The notes below the pieces were generated by a model that was given only the letters and a program-made list of their open reading frames with translations, searched no databases and was not told where the DNA came from. Below are positions 8,919-17,052 of a stretch of DNA of 20,000 bases, one piece after another (the first letter of the stretch is position 1; the number at the start of each line of letters is the position of its first letter). Both the position numbers and the translations under genes were made by a program. The DNA is from an uncultured virus (IMG/VR IMGVR_UViG_3300042366_001473) (Duplodnaviria > Heunggongvirae > Uroviricota > Caudoviricetes), in the IMG/VR virus record IMGVR_UViG_3300042366_001473. One strand, given 5' to 3'.

Positions 8919-9993
8919 CATATTCCACATCTAAGTCTGACAACTCAGGATAGATAGGCAAACTCAACACACGCTGGCTCAGTGCAGTGGCTACACTCAT
9001 CATGTTGGGCCCGGGGAATTGTCTCAACACAGAGTTATCGTGCAAGGGTTGCTCATAGTGTATTCGTGTGTCAATACTGGCGTTCCACAGTTTCTCTTGC
9101 AGTCGATTGCGCTGATCAACATCAATCACAAACTTGTGAAACGCATGATTGTGCTCATTGTGTTCGTTGATCAAACAGCGTATGCTGGTATTTGCAAATC
9201 GTTCACACATGTAGGCAGCAATCCGGCGACGACGAGCTTGCCATTGATCAATGTACTGTGTTTTGACCATCATGTGTGCACAATCCAGTTCGCTCATGCG
9301 ACTGTTGCTGCCACCACGTTCGGCCTTGTAGTCACCTTTGTTGTGATTGCGCCAGGCTCGTGCAAAGTCTGCTAGATCCTGGTTGTCTGTGACCACTGCA
9401 CCACCGTTGCCATAACAGGCCAAGTTCTTCATGGGGTCAAAACTGATGGCGCTGCCTTCGCCGACTCGTTGGCTATTGTTGCCTAACCAATGTTGTGCAG
9501 CATCTTCAATCACTGTGACATTGTTGTGTAACCAATGTGTCCAGGCCTTTACAGAATGAGCGTGGGAAATAGCAGCGCCATACAAACCAACCAACACTAT
9601 GGCTTGATAATCAAGGTCTTGGGGGATTTTATCAGGGTCAAGCAACCCGTTGACATCCACGTCTACAAAGTGTACGTCCCAACCAGCTCGCAAGAACGCA
9701 TTGGCCGTGGCCACAAACGTCAAGCTAGGGATCAACACTCTTGGCGACTTATTGGTTAGTTCTAGTCCACGCCAATATTCGGCTATAATTTCCAAGGCCT
9801 GTGTGCCCGAGTGGCAAGTCACAGCATTTTTGCCACCGTTCCTAACAGCCAGCCAGTTTTCAAACTTCTGAGTCCAGGCGCCGTTCATGAGCTGACCTGA
9901 TTGCAGTACCTGATCAGTTGCGTCTAGAATCTCCTCGCGGAGTTGTTTATACTGTCTTTGGAGACCAGTAAACGGAATTCGAAAGCCAGTCAT
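8890..9993 (-). CDS. DegT/DnrJ/EryC1/StrS family PLP-dependent (nucleotide-sugar) aminotransferase
   Basis: Motifs SGTQAL, PSLTFVATANA, IEDAAQ, SFDPMKNL (PLP Lys), GNGGAVVT, NSRMSEL, HY..PLH and VLSLPIYPEL. Confidence 0.95.
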   Translation of the reverse strand: MTGFRIPFTGLQRQYKQLREEILDATDQVLQSGQLMNGAWTQKFENWLAVRNGGKNAVTCHSGTQALEIIAEYWRGLELTNKSPRVLIPSLTFVATANAFLRAGWDVHFVDVDVNGLLDPDKIPQDLDYQAIVLVGLYGAAISHAHSVKAWTHWLHNNVTVIEDAAQHWLGNNSQRVGEGSAISFDPMKNLACYGNGGAVVTDNQDLADFARAWRNHNKGDYKAERGGSNSRMSELDCAHMMVKTQYIDQWQARRRRIAAYMCERFANTSIRCLINEHNEHNHAFHKFVIDVDQRNRLQEKLWNASIDTRIHYEQPLHDNSVLRQFPGPNMMSVATALSQRVLSLPIYPELSDLDVEYVTDQVLKNV

Positions 9994-10915
9994 AATACTT
10001 TTGGAATCCTTCTTCTACATCAACTTTGGGATCGTAGCCTAGTATGGTCCTGGCACGATCAATGTTCAGTGCACCGCGACTGGGAAAGTCTGCATCTTTG
10101 TCTCGAGTTTCGATCTCACCCTTGCCCACAATCTTCACAATCATCTCTGCGGCTTCTAACAAACTAACTGAATGCGATTTAGTAATGTTGTAGGTATTGT
10201 TACGAGCCATGATACGAGTAGCGGCTGCTACAATACCATCAGCGGCATCATCTACATAGGTAAAGTCTAACGTCTCCCCTGCCCCATTAACTCGGAGAAC
10301 GCTACCTCGCATGGCTCCGAGCATAAATTTTGCAACGACCCTGTCTTCCACATCCAGTGGCCCGTATACAGCACTAGGCCTAATAACAGCGTAATCGAAA
10401 GCACCGCGACGATGGTAGTCTTTGACAAGGTCTTCTCCAGTTAATTTTAAGATGCCATATTGTCCAATGGGTCGGCAGTCGTAGTCTTCTTCTACTTGAT
10501 CTTCAAAATCACCATACACCATTGAACTAGATATGTACACAACACGTTCTACATTGTGCTTTTTGGCACTCTCACAAACGTTGATCAACCCTTCCATCAT
10601 AACACGACTGCCCCAGGCAGGGTTAGCATTGACAACTTTCTGTCGGGGAAAACTTGCCATGTGAATGATTACTTCGGGCTTGTGTTTGCCTACCAACCAG
10701 TCAAAGTCTTCGGCATTGGTAATGTCAATGTGATAGATGTTGTTGCCTGATATCTTCTTTAACCGCTCGCCCATCAAGTAATCAAGTTCTGCTTGTGGAA
10801 TAATTCCGTAGTTGGTACGAGTGTCTGTGATGATCACTTCGTGATCTCGGGCTTCTAGTCTTTGCACTACATTGTGACCAATTAACCCTAGTCCGCCTGT
10901 TACTAATATTTTCAT
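9947..10915 (-). CDS. NAD-dependent nucleotide-sugar epimerase/dehydratase (extended SDR)
   Basis: MKILVTGGLGLIG (GxxGxxG), ISSSMVYG, YGILK (YxxxK), RPSAVYGP and DFTYVDD. Confidence 0.95.
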   Translation of the reverse strand: MKILVTGGLGLIGHNVVQRLEARDHEVIITDTRTNYGIIPQAELDYLMGERLKKISGNNIYHIDITNAEDFDWLVGKHKPEVIIHMASFPRQKVVNANPAWGSRVMMEGLINVCESAKKHNVERVVYISSSMVYGDFEDQVEEDYDCRPIGQYGILKLTGEDLVKDYHRRGAFDYAVIRPSAVYGPLDVEDRVVAKFMLGAMRGSVLRVNGAGETLDFTYVDDAADGIVAAATRIMARNNTYNITKSHSVSLLEAAEMIVKIVGKGEIETRDKDADFPSRGALNIDRARTILGYDPKVDVEEGFQKYYDWLSNSVYWSPKTV

Positions 10916-11241
10916 TTGTTACCCCACTTTAATGTCCAAAAGATTTGATCCTGCTCACTTAATCTTGCTATGATGCGGTACATGTGTCCATACGTGTGCG
11001 GATCTATGCTACGAGTCCAGTAAGGTTTATCCTTGGCATGCTCCATTATAAACTTACCAGCATCTGATTCTTGCCACCTCCAAATTGGTTCAGCAACCAT
11101 TAAATCCGGATCTTCTACGTCGCCCATGCGGATCTCGTGTACACATACGTCACGAAACTTTACAGCTCGGTCTCCAATGAGTTCAACCCGTTCAGGCTGC
11201 CATTGCTTGTATTCGTCTGGATAATTGGTTGTTATTGCCAT
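10912..11241 (-). CDS. Hypothetical phage protein
   Basis: 109-aa ORF with an ATGA overlap onto the epimerase start and a promoter-like element directly upstream. Confidence 0.75.
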   Translation of the reverse strand: MAITTNYPDEYKQWQPERVELIGDRAVKFRDVCVHEIRMGDVEDPDLMVAEPIWRWQESDAGKFIMEHAKDKPYWTRSIDPHTYGHMYRIIARLSEQDQIFWTLKWGNK

Positions 11242-11246
11242 ACACT

Positions 11247-11275
11247 AGTATAGCACAAGTGTTAGTCTTTAGCAA
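11247..11275 (-). promoter_or_regulatory. sigma70-like promoter, TTGCTA-17-TATACT with extended -10 TG
   Basis: Minus strand reads TTGCTA AAGACTAACACTTGTGC TATACT AGTGT ATG. The -10 is only 5 nt from the start codon at 11241. Confidence 0.6.
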
Positions 11276-11954
11276 CCAAGTCGGCAGCCATTGGGAAGAT
11301 TTTGGCAATAACTTGTGCACATGCGCGAGCCACTTCCATGTGCTCTTTTTGTGTACCATTGCCTGATCGCAGTTCAATAAAATGAATCCAGCTACGCAAG
11401 GTACCGTTCATATACATGCGACTCACTGTGAGTCCTTCGGGCAACACAGCACGGGCCTGTTCTTTGGCAATGCCGTTCTTGATGGCCCATGCATATTCTT
11501 GTTTGACACTGAACAACACACGTTTTTGCGCACGTTCCCATTCAATGGCCAACAGCCGTTGAGCTTCGTCTGCCATGTCCAATTCTACGCTATTCTGTCG
11601 ATTCTTGGTGTCTTGGAATCGTGCCTCACGTAGCACAAACGCCTCATCGAGTTCAGCTGTAGGATCAGCATATCGCTGGGAGAACTCTTGAAAGCTGAAA
11701 CTTCTGTGACGTAGAATCTGTCGGGCAATGTCGCGGGTGGTGACGATTTCGCAACAGGCTGACACCATTTCCAGTGGGCTCCAGTGTTGGTGTCGGACCA
11801 AGTATCGGATAAGTCTTTCGCTGGTATCGGTTGTGAACTGGTTGGCAGGGTTGGACACACGGGCACAATAGGCAATAAGCTCTTGTGCATCATCGATGCC
11901 TTGGGTTCTAAATGCGTCGGTTGGCTGTGAATATGATACAAGGGTAACATTCAT
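11262..11954 (-). CDS. thyX: FAD-dependent thymidylate synthase
   Basis: ThyX signature RHRSFSFQEFSQRY, plus AYCARVS, HWSPLE, AKEQARAVLP, NGTLRSWIHFIELR and TQKEH. Confidence 0.96.
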   Translation of the reverse strand: MNVTLVSYSQPTDAFRTQGIDDAQELIAYCARVSNPANQFTTDTSERLIRYLVRHQHWSPLEMVSACCEIVTTRDIARQILRHRSFSFQEFSQRYADPTAELDEAFVLREARFQDTKNRQNSVELDMADEAQRLLAIEWERAQKRVLFSVKQEYAWAIKNGIAKEQARAVLPEGLTVSRMYMNGTLRSWIHFIELRSGNGTQKEHMEVARACAQVIAKIFPMAADLVAKD

Positions 11955-12253
11955 AGATTTTTCAATAATTTATCAGTCTCGGGTTGAACAAGTTCTGCAA
12001 CTAGCACAGTGTCAACCACAAATTCAATATCTCTGACTTGTTGATCAAGTTCCAGCAAGGTTCTGGTAAGGACTACTTCAATTTCTACAATGTCCAGACC
12101 CTGCTTTCGTAACACATCAAGATTTATGGTTCGTTGTCGCTTGCCATGCATCTTGATGATAATTTTTTTGAGACACTCAAGTGGAACTTCGGTCTTGGGC
12201 GCTTCCTTGATTAAATGTTCCCACTTGTCAAGAAATTCATCACTGAACTGCAT
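11951..12253 (-). CDS. Hypothetical phage protein
   Basis: 100-aa ORF that overlaps both neighbours (ATGA overlap with thyX). Confidence 0.75.
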   Translation of the reverse strand: MQFSDEFLDKWEHLIKEAPKTEVPLECLKKIIIKMHGKRQRTINLDVLRKQGLDIVEIEVVLTRTLLELDQQVRDIEFVVDTVLVAELVQPETDKLLKNL

Positions 12254-12983
12254 TGGTAGCCGCTACTTTGGGTTTGCGACCACGACGCACTGCTGGCTCG
12301 GCTTTGACTTCTTGAACAACAGGAGCAACGCCGCTGTTTGTTGTCACTCCTGGGTGCATACGTTCGGCATCTTTTTTCATTCTGGCAGCTTCAGCAATCA
12401 AGCCCTTGGCTTCAATTTCCATTTTCTTGGCTTGAGCCAACATGTTGGATGCCAGTGATTTGTCGTCCAGTGCCGAATCTGAACCAGCGGGCACTGGTGG
12501 CAGGCCTTGCTGTGATCTGGCAGCCTCTTGTTCAAGTCTGCGCTTTTTGAATTCTTGTTCTTGCTGACGTTTGGTAGCAGGATCCACTATGCCTGTGTTG
12601 GCATCCAGTTCGGTCATGCGCTTGCGAGCGTCGTCGCCGCTTTCCATTTCTTTGACCAGTCTGTTGAGTTCGTCTAACTTGACTGAGCTAGTGGCAGTGG
12701 GTGTCACAATCACTTGATTTGTGGCAATCTTTTTCAGCATGCCTTCGCGATGCAAGGCCTCCAAGATAGGACGACCGTCGGGCAGCAAGTTGCGATGAAA
12801 CACGTCTGCCAGTGTGGTGGCTGCTTGTCCTGGTGCACTCTCCAACACGCTCAACACTGAGTTGTGAATATGCGTGGGAAGTACGTCGGGATATACCACA
12901 AGGCACATATGGTCCTCGCCTGGGATCTGTCTGAATACAATTGCAACCTTGCGGTCTCCGTGTCTACCTATGTGTTTAAGCAT
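12240..12983 (-). CDS. Hypothetical phage protein with helical/coiled-coil C-terminus and basic tail
   Basis: 247-aa ORF with a GGAG SD upstream, an A/K/E-rich helical segment and RRGRKPK near the end. Confidence 0.8.
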   Translation of the reverse strand: MLKHIGRHGDRKVAIVFRQIPGEDHMCLVVYPDVLPTHIHNSVLSVLESAPGQAATTLADVFHRNLLPDGRPILEALHREGMLKKIATNQVIVTPTATSSVKLDELNRLVKEMESGDDARKRMTELDANTGIVDPATKRQQEQEFKKRRLEQEAARSQQGLPPVPAGSDSALDDKSLASNMLAQAKKMEIEAKGLIAEAARMKKDAERMHPGVTTNSGVAPVVQEVKAEPAVRRGRKPKVAATNAVQ

Positions 12984-13170
12984 TTTGCTCTCCTGATGTT
13001 TGTTGTTGACGTAGCTGTTCGGTGCTGGCGTCTAAGAATCGTGACAGTTTGTCATACACAATACCGACCTGACTCATTTCGGCTGCCTTGAATGTGCCAC
13101 GTGATGCAGCCAATTCAAGAAGTGATTTCAAGCTAGCCATATCGGCTATAGTGAGTTGTAGATTTTCCAT
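12976..13170 (-). CDS. Small hypothetical phage protein
   Basis: 64-aa ORF overlapping the next gene; TTAAATA lies 5 nt upstream of the ATG. Confidence 0.7.
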   Translation of the reverse strand: MENLQLTIADMASLKSLLELAASRGTFKAAEMSQVGIVYDKLSRFLDASTEQLRQQQTSGEQNA

Positions 13171-13235
13171 GCAGATATTTAAGGTGTATTAACCGGCACA
13201 AATTATTTTATAGCAGTATTTTGGACAAATTGATG

Positions 13236-13475
13236 TTACTGATAAGGCCGTATGTCACAGTGCTTGACCACTATCACATGCCGCCATTTGCCGTTGTGCT
13301 TGATCGGAAGATCTAAGTAAACTGTGACTTCAGGTCCATCAATGTTGTTGATCTTGCGGTCATTTCCCACACTGCCCACAAACGGAATCTGATTCCAGTG
13401 TCCAAAAACACGATCGCCGATGACATAGGTATGCTTGTATCCTATGCGATTGAAGTAGTCAGTTTGACTGCCCAT
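13236..13475 (-). CDS. Small hypothetical phage protein (beta-rich, possibly SH3/KOW-like)
   Basis: 79-aa ORF with pattern Y.IGDRV.G....G.V..D, in a tightly packed operon. Confidence 0.7.
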   Translation of the reverse strand: MGSQTDYFNRIGYKHTYVIGDRVFGHWNQIPFVGSVGNDRKINNIDGPEVTVYLDLPIKHNGKWRHVIVVKHCDIRPYQ

Positions 13476-13476
13476 G

Positions 13477-13653
13477 TCATGACAATCGTACTCGGTTTAC
13501 TGCATAGTTCAAGAATGCAATCACAAACAACACCGCGGCCCAAATATAATTACTGTGTGCTAGTTCATTCAACCCTGCACTCGAAAGCCAGCCAATCAAG
13601 AACCAAGTGATAGCATCTTGGTGTGTCACATACCATGTTTTAAATTTGTTCAT
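13477..13653 (-). CDS. Small membrane protein (58 aa; not in ORF track)
   Basis: Manual translation: MNKFKTWYVTHQDAITWFLIGWLSSAGLNELAHSNYIWAAVLFVIAFLNYAVNRVRLS*. It has an ATGA overlap with the upstream gene, fills the gap exactly and has two hydrophobic segments. Confidence 0.75.
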   Translation of the reverse strand: MNKFKTWYVTHQDAITWFLIGWLSSAGLNELAHSNYIWAAVLFVIAFLNYAVNRVRLS

Positions 13654-13853
13654 ACAATTTTCCTTTCATGTACCCCGTTTTCAAACTGAGCAAACAGTTC
13701 TTCAAATTTGTGTTGATACAGTCTGGCCACACCGTCGAAGTCCTCTAGAGATGCGCCACGCTTGACCAGCAGACGAACATCGTCTACCACGTTCCAGCAC
13801 TGCATGATACCTTGTTCGAGATCAAATCGATCAAACTTTTTATCTTCGCTCAT
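13650..13853 (-). CDS. Small hypothetical phage protein
   Basis: MSEDKKFDRFDLEQGIMQCW...; start placed at 13853 by the TAATG overlap with the upstream small ORF. Confidence 0.75.
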   Translation of the reverse strand: MSEDKKFDRFDLEQGIMQCWNVVDDVRLLVKRGASLEDFDGVARLYQHKFEELFAQFENGVHERKIV

Positions 13854-13981
13854 TACCATTCCTTTCGGGCTTGTTTAACTTCAACCCAAATCTTCTTTGC
13901 AATCGTCCATACAGGATGCCAAAAATATCCTAGCACAAAACCATACACAAACGGGCCCAAGGCTGCAAAGAAGTCATTCAT
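13853..13981 (-). CDS. Small membrane protein (42 aa; not in ORF track)
   Basis: Manual translation: MNDFFAALGPFVYGFVLGYFWHPVWTIAKKIWVEVKQARKEW*. ATGA overlap upstream, TAATG overlap downstream; hydrophobic N-half and basic C-tail. Confidence 0.7.
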   Translation of the reverse strand: MNDFFAALGPFVYGFVLGYFWHPVWTIAKKIWVEVKQARKEW

Positions 13982-14199
13982 ACAATCCGTCCTATTCCGA
14001 CGTAGATCAGTTCATCTAGTTCACGTTGGTAGTCTTTGCCTAATCGACGTTTTTCGTAGATAGCATCAAGTAATTCAGTGCCCGAACGACTCGCAACTTC
14101 AAATCCCTTGCCACGTTTTTCTAACTCTTCAATTAGATCATCTGTGTCAAACTCATGCAACTCTACGTCAACTTCAACTTCAGTATATATTGTGGGCAT
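13978..14199 (-). CDS. Small acidic hypothetical phage protein
   Basis: 73-aa ORF with an AAGGA SD upstream; EVEVDVELHEFDTDDLIEELEKRG. Confidence 0.75.
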   Translation of the reverse strand: MPTIYTEVEVDVELHEFDTDDLIEELEKRGKGFEVASRSGTELLDAIYEKRRLGKDYQRELDELIYVGIGRIV

Positions 14200-14208
14200 G
14201 GTCTGTCC

Positions 14209-15489
14209 TTAGTCTTTTGCATCTTCGTAGTAGGCGTAAGTGCCCCAGGGTGGAACAATGCTGGTGGTACCATGCAAGATCCAGGTAGCATCACAGTAGT
14301 TTTCGTCGCCCCAGCTGCCAAACGGATAGCCGTCTGTAAACACTACTAATCGACGTGGTTGGATGTCCTCATTTTTCAAGTAGCGATAGATAGCATCAAA
14401 GTCTGTGCCGCCACCGCCTGCTGGCTCGTAGTCCACAATTGAATCCAAGTTGTCACTATCGTACTGAACAGGATTGTAAGTGTCGGTGTCAAAACTCACA
14501 ATGTGAATCTTGTATGCTGGGAACGAGTCCATGATACCTTGGATCTCGCCCAAGAAGTCTTTGAGCATTTTCTCGCCAATCGAACCTGAAGTGTCGATTG
14601 CAATAGCAATGTCAATCATTTCGTCGTTTTTGCGACCTGGCATCACTGCATCCATGTGCCATCCACGACGGCTAGGACGCATCCAGGTGTAGTCACTCTT
14701 GATAGTGCTCTCCAAGTTCATACGCAACAGTTCACGCCAGTTCATCTGTGGTTCTGTAAGCTCTTTGATCATGCGCATTACGCCTGCAGGAATGTTACCT
14801 GCACCGTCTGTGGTCTGAGCGGCAGCCAACATGGCTTCTTTGATCTCGTCCTTGATGGCCTGACGATCTGCGGCACTGAGTTGGGGACGACCTTTGCCTT
14901 TGCCTTCTTGATCACCATCACCATCACCGTCGGCATCACCATCACCGTCCAAGTGCTCGTCGATCAGTTTATCCAGTAAATCGCCGATGTCAATTTTGTC
15001 TGCTTTTTCGTACAAAATGTCATAGATCTCTTCTGAGCTCATGCCATCATACTTGGGATCGTGCAGGCAAGGCACTGTGGTAATCTTTTCTCCCACACGG
15101 TGCTTGATCAAGTCTGCGTTGACAGCAAAGTCATTGGCAATGTTGAACAACTGCGGGTCTCGATCTCCGCGGCGTCCAAAGTGGTCATAAACGCAATGCA
15201 AGACCTCGTGTCCAAACAAAAATTCGATCTCTCTGGGACGCAACATCTGAATGAAACGGCTGTTGTAGTAGAAGTGGCGACCATCTGTGGCCGCTGTTGA
15301 GCACCACTCATCGGCGTTGACCAGTTTGAGACGGGTGGCCAAATTGCCAAAAAAGCTGGCACGAAGCAGTAAACCCACTCGAGCAGTAATCAGTTTTTCG
15401 CGAACCTCTCGATCAACTTTGGCGTCAGTTGGACCCAGTAGATTGGCAAACTTTTTCTTGTCGTCTTTGGTCTGTGTAGTGGAAGTCAT
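14209..15489 (-). CDS. Putative metallopeptidase (HEXXH) fused to vWA domain (DUF2201-like)
   Basis: TAATDG, HEVLH and N.A.D..VN in the N-terminal domain; a D/G-rich linker; C-terminal MIDAS motifs DTSGS, GGGGTDF and VFTDG. Confidence 0.9.
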   Translation of the reverse strand: MTSTTQTKDDKKKFANLLGPTDAKVDREVREKLITARVGLLLRASFFGNLATRLKLVNADEWCSTAATDGRHFYYNSRFIQMLRPREIEFLFGHEVLHCVYDHFGRRGDRDPQLFNIANDFAVNADLIKHRVGEKITTVPCLHDPKYDGMSSEEIYDILYEKADKIDIGDLLDKLIDEHLDGDGDADGDGDGDQEGKGKGRPQLSAADRQAIKDEIKEAMLAAAQTTDGAGNIPAGVMRMIKELTEPQMNWRELLRMNLESTIKSDYTWMRPSRRGWHMDAVMPGRKNDEMIDIAIAIDTSGSIGEKMLKDFLGEIQGIMDSFPAYKIHIVSFDTDTYNPVQYDSDNLDSIVDYEPAGGGGTDFDAIYRYLKNEDIQPRRLVVFTDGYPFGSWGDENYCDATWILHGTTSIVPPWGTYAYYEDAKD

Positions 15490-15513
15490 AGATGTCCTTG
15501 TTGCAATATGTAT

Positions 15514-15542
15514 ATTATAGCTGAAGACAATTTATTGGTCAA
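15514..15542 (-). promoter_or_regulatory. sigma70-type (early) promoter for the peptidase/vWA operon
   Basis: Minus strand TTGACC AATAAATTGTCTTCAGC TATAAT (17-nt spacer), followed by an AAGGA SD and the ATG at 15489. Confidence 0.85.
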
Positions 15543-15546
15543 ACTG

Positions 15547-15780
15547 TTAATCCCAGGATTTTTTGTCGCCGTTGGCTTCGTTGTCGCGATACCCCGCGGT
15601 GTAGGCCACGATCTCTGCTGGGGTCATCTGACCCAACTCAATCTTGGGCGAGTTGTAAGAGTCTCCCACAAAGTAGTGAGGATTGTACTCGCGACCGTAG
15701 TAGCTGTCAGCCTGGCCACGATCATAAGGACCGCCATGGCGTTCGTTGTAGTAACCAGATCTTGTGTGTTCTACCAACAT
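15547..15780 (-). CDS. Small hypothetical phage protein (77 aa)
   Basis: Start re-assigned to the ATG at 15780 (TAAGGAG SD upstream); sequence RHGGPYDRGQADSYYGR...YTAGY. Confidence 0.75.
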   Translation of the reverse strand: MLVEHTRSGYYNERHGGPYDRGQADSYYGREYNPHYFVGDSYNSPKIELGQMTPAEIVAYTAGYRDNEANGDKKSWD

Positions 15781-15790
15781 ATTTGACTCC

Positions 15791-16165
15791 TTAAGCCGCT
15801 TTGCGAAAATATCGATAGGGCAAGCCCAAAGTCCAAGCAAGGTAATCATTGTCACCTTGGGTGCCTTCTGCTTCGTGGATCCAACGCATGGCCATTTCCG
15901 AGTCCTTGGCGCCCATGCTGATCAATTCAGCAACACGGCGATCAAATGCTTCTACAGCCTTGCCTTCGGCGGCCTTGCGAGCAATGTCCTCACGCTCAAT
16001 GAGCTGACCCAGATAGTCAAATTCCTTACGGAAGGTCTCCAGGGTCCAGCCACTGGTGTCAATACCACGGGGACGAACGCCATAAGCGTCTTTGTAGATG
16101 TCCCAAAAAGTAGCCTGGGCCTGTTCCAATTCTGTCATGTCTTCCCAAGATGTAAATGCTGTCAT
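15791..16165 (-). CDS. Hypothetical phage protein (124 aa)
   Basis: Start re-assigned to the ATG at 16165 (TAAGGAG SD, promoter just upstream); sequence WDIYKDAYGVRPR. Confidence 0.8.
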   Translation of the reverse strand: MTAFTSWEDMTELEQAQATFWDIYKDAYGVRPRGIDTSGWTLETFRKEFDYLGQLIEREDIARKAAEGKAVEAFDRRVAELISMGAKDSEMAMRWIHEAEGTQGDNDYLAWTLGLPYRYFRKAA

Positions 16166-16195
16166 TTGTGGCTCCTTATTTCTTACTATGTTCAT

Positions 16196-16224
16196 ATTAT
16201 AGCAAAATGGGGATTTTTGGTCAA
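16196..16224 (-). promoter_or_regulatory. sigma70-type (early) promoter
   Basis: Minus strand TTGACC AAAAATCCCCATTTTGC TATAAT (17-nt spacer, extended -10 TG). Confidence 0.85.
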
Positions 16225-16430
16225 CCGTTTTGTATCTGTAGCAAAAAGTATACATTTTTGAGATCTTGGGCGTTTTACAGCAATATTTCACGAAGATCTT
16301 GCTATTGTGCTCACAGTAGCAAAAACAGCGATTTTAGCATATCAAAACCCTATATAAATCAACATGATAGCACGCCTGTGTCTGACAAAAACCACGTGAT
16401 CTGTGGGTTTGCTACAAGATCTTGCAAATA

Positions 16431-16727
16431 TCAAGGTAATACTTGAGTATTAAGATTTAGATACTTTAACTGAAACCAAGATTGTGCAGAATCCGAGTAG
16501 AAATCTAGGTGTACTTGGTCTTCGTAGTACATGGTAGGACCATCTTTCCGGGGGGTTGTGTTGGGCACCAACCCCCGGTGATATCTGTACACAAAACCCA
16601 GTTCACGACGCAGCCGCGGTCTCACTGCCATGCCCATGCCATAATCCTGCAGAATACGTGCATACACCTCTGACCATTCACCGGGACGATGAAACACAAT
16701 CAGATTTTTTTTAATTGTGATTTTCAT
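16431..16727 (-). CDS. Hypothetical phage protein
   Basis: 98-aa ORF overlapping the upstream gene by 17 nt. Confidence 0.7.
   Translation of the reverse strand: MKITIKKNLIVFHRPGEWSEVYARILQDYGMGMAVRPRLRRELGFVYRYHRGLVPNTTPRKDGPTMYYEDQVHLDFYSDSAQSWFQLKYLNLNTQVLP
16436..16453. promoter_or_regulatory. Palindromic operator-like site GTAATACT-TG-AGTATTAA
   Basis: 7+7 inverted repeat with a 2-nt spacer; matches the site at 18476-18493 at 15 of 16 arm positions. Confidence 0.5.
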
Positions 16728-17049
16728 TGGGATTACTTAATACAAACCAGTTTAGTTCTTTGTCTGTGCCCACATAGATTCTATAATCGTTGTACTTGGC
16801 AGAGTATGCCCAATAAGGGTTAATATCATCGGGCTCAGCTCGTAACGGATTGGCACTGCCACTTCGGATCATGGCCAAACGAGTTTCGACATCTTGGCTC
16901 CACCCAAATGTTTTATTAAACCATTTCCGAGCATGATCAAAATCTAATACACCGGTTCCTTTCCAATGAGACTTTGAAAATTCAATCATGAATTGAAAAT
17001 ACTCTTTCTGGCTATATCGCTTGTCGAGTTTGGTAACTTTGTACTTCAT
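16711..17049 (-). CDS. Hypothetical phage protein
   Basis: 112-aa ORF directly downstream of the AAA ATPase terminator. Confidence 0.7.
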   Translation of the reverse strand: MKYKVTKLDKRYSQKEYFQFMIEFSKSHWKGTGVLDFDHARKWFNKTFGWSQDVETRLAMIRSGSANPLRAEPDDINPYWAYSAKYNDYRIYVGTDKELNWFVLSNPNENHN

Positions 17050-17052
17050 AAT

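Noticed and set aside
1..10915. Bacterial chromosomal antibiotic or O-antigen cluster
   Set aside because: No transporter, flippase, polymerase, resistance or cluster regulator genes are present. The flanking thyX, tiny orphan ORFs, overlap density and early-type promoters indicate a phage context.
11262..11954. thyX as a base-modifying (hydroxymethylase-like) enzyme
   Set aside because: The canonical ThyX motif is intact, and known phage dNMP hydroxymethylases are mainly ThyA-fold; nothing indicates altered specificity.
14912..14949. (CCATCA)n-like short tandem repeat
   Set aside because: It encodes the D/G low-complexity linker between the peptidase and vWA domains, which is typical for this family; not a contingency locus.
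16388..16411. Weak hairpin CCAC-7nt-GTGG with U-tract on the minus strand as a terminator for the 16431 gene
   Set aside because: The core stem is only 4 bp, too weak to call.
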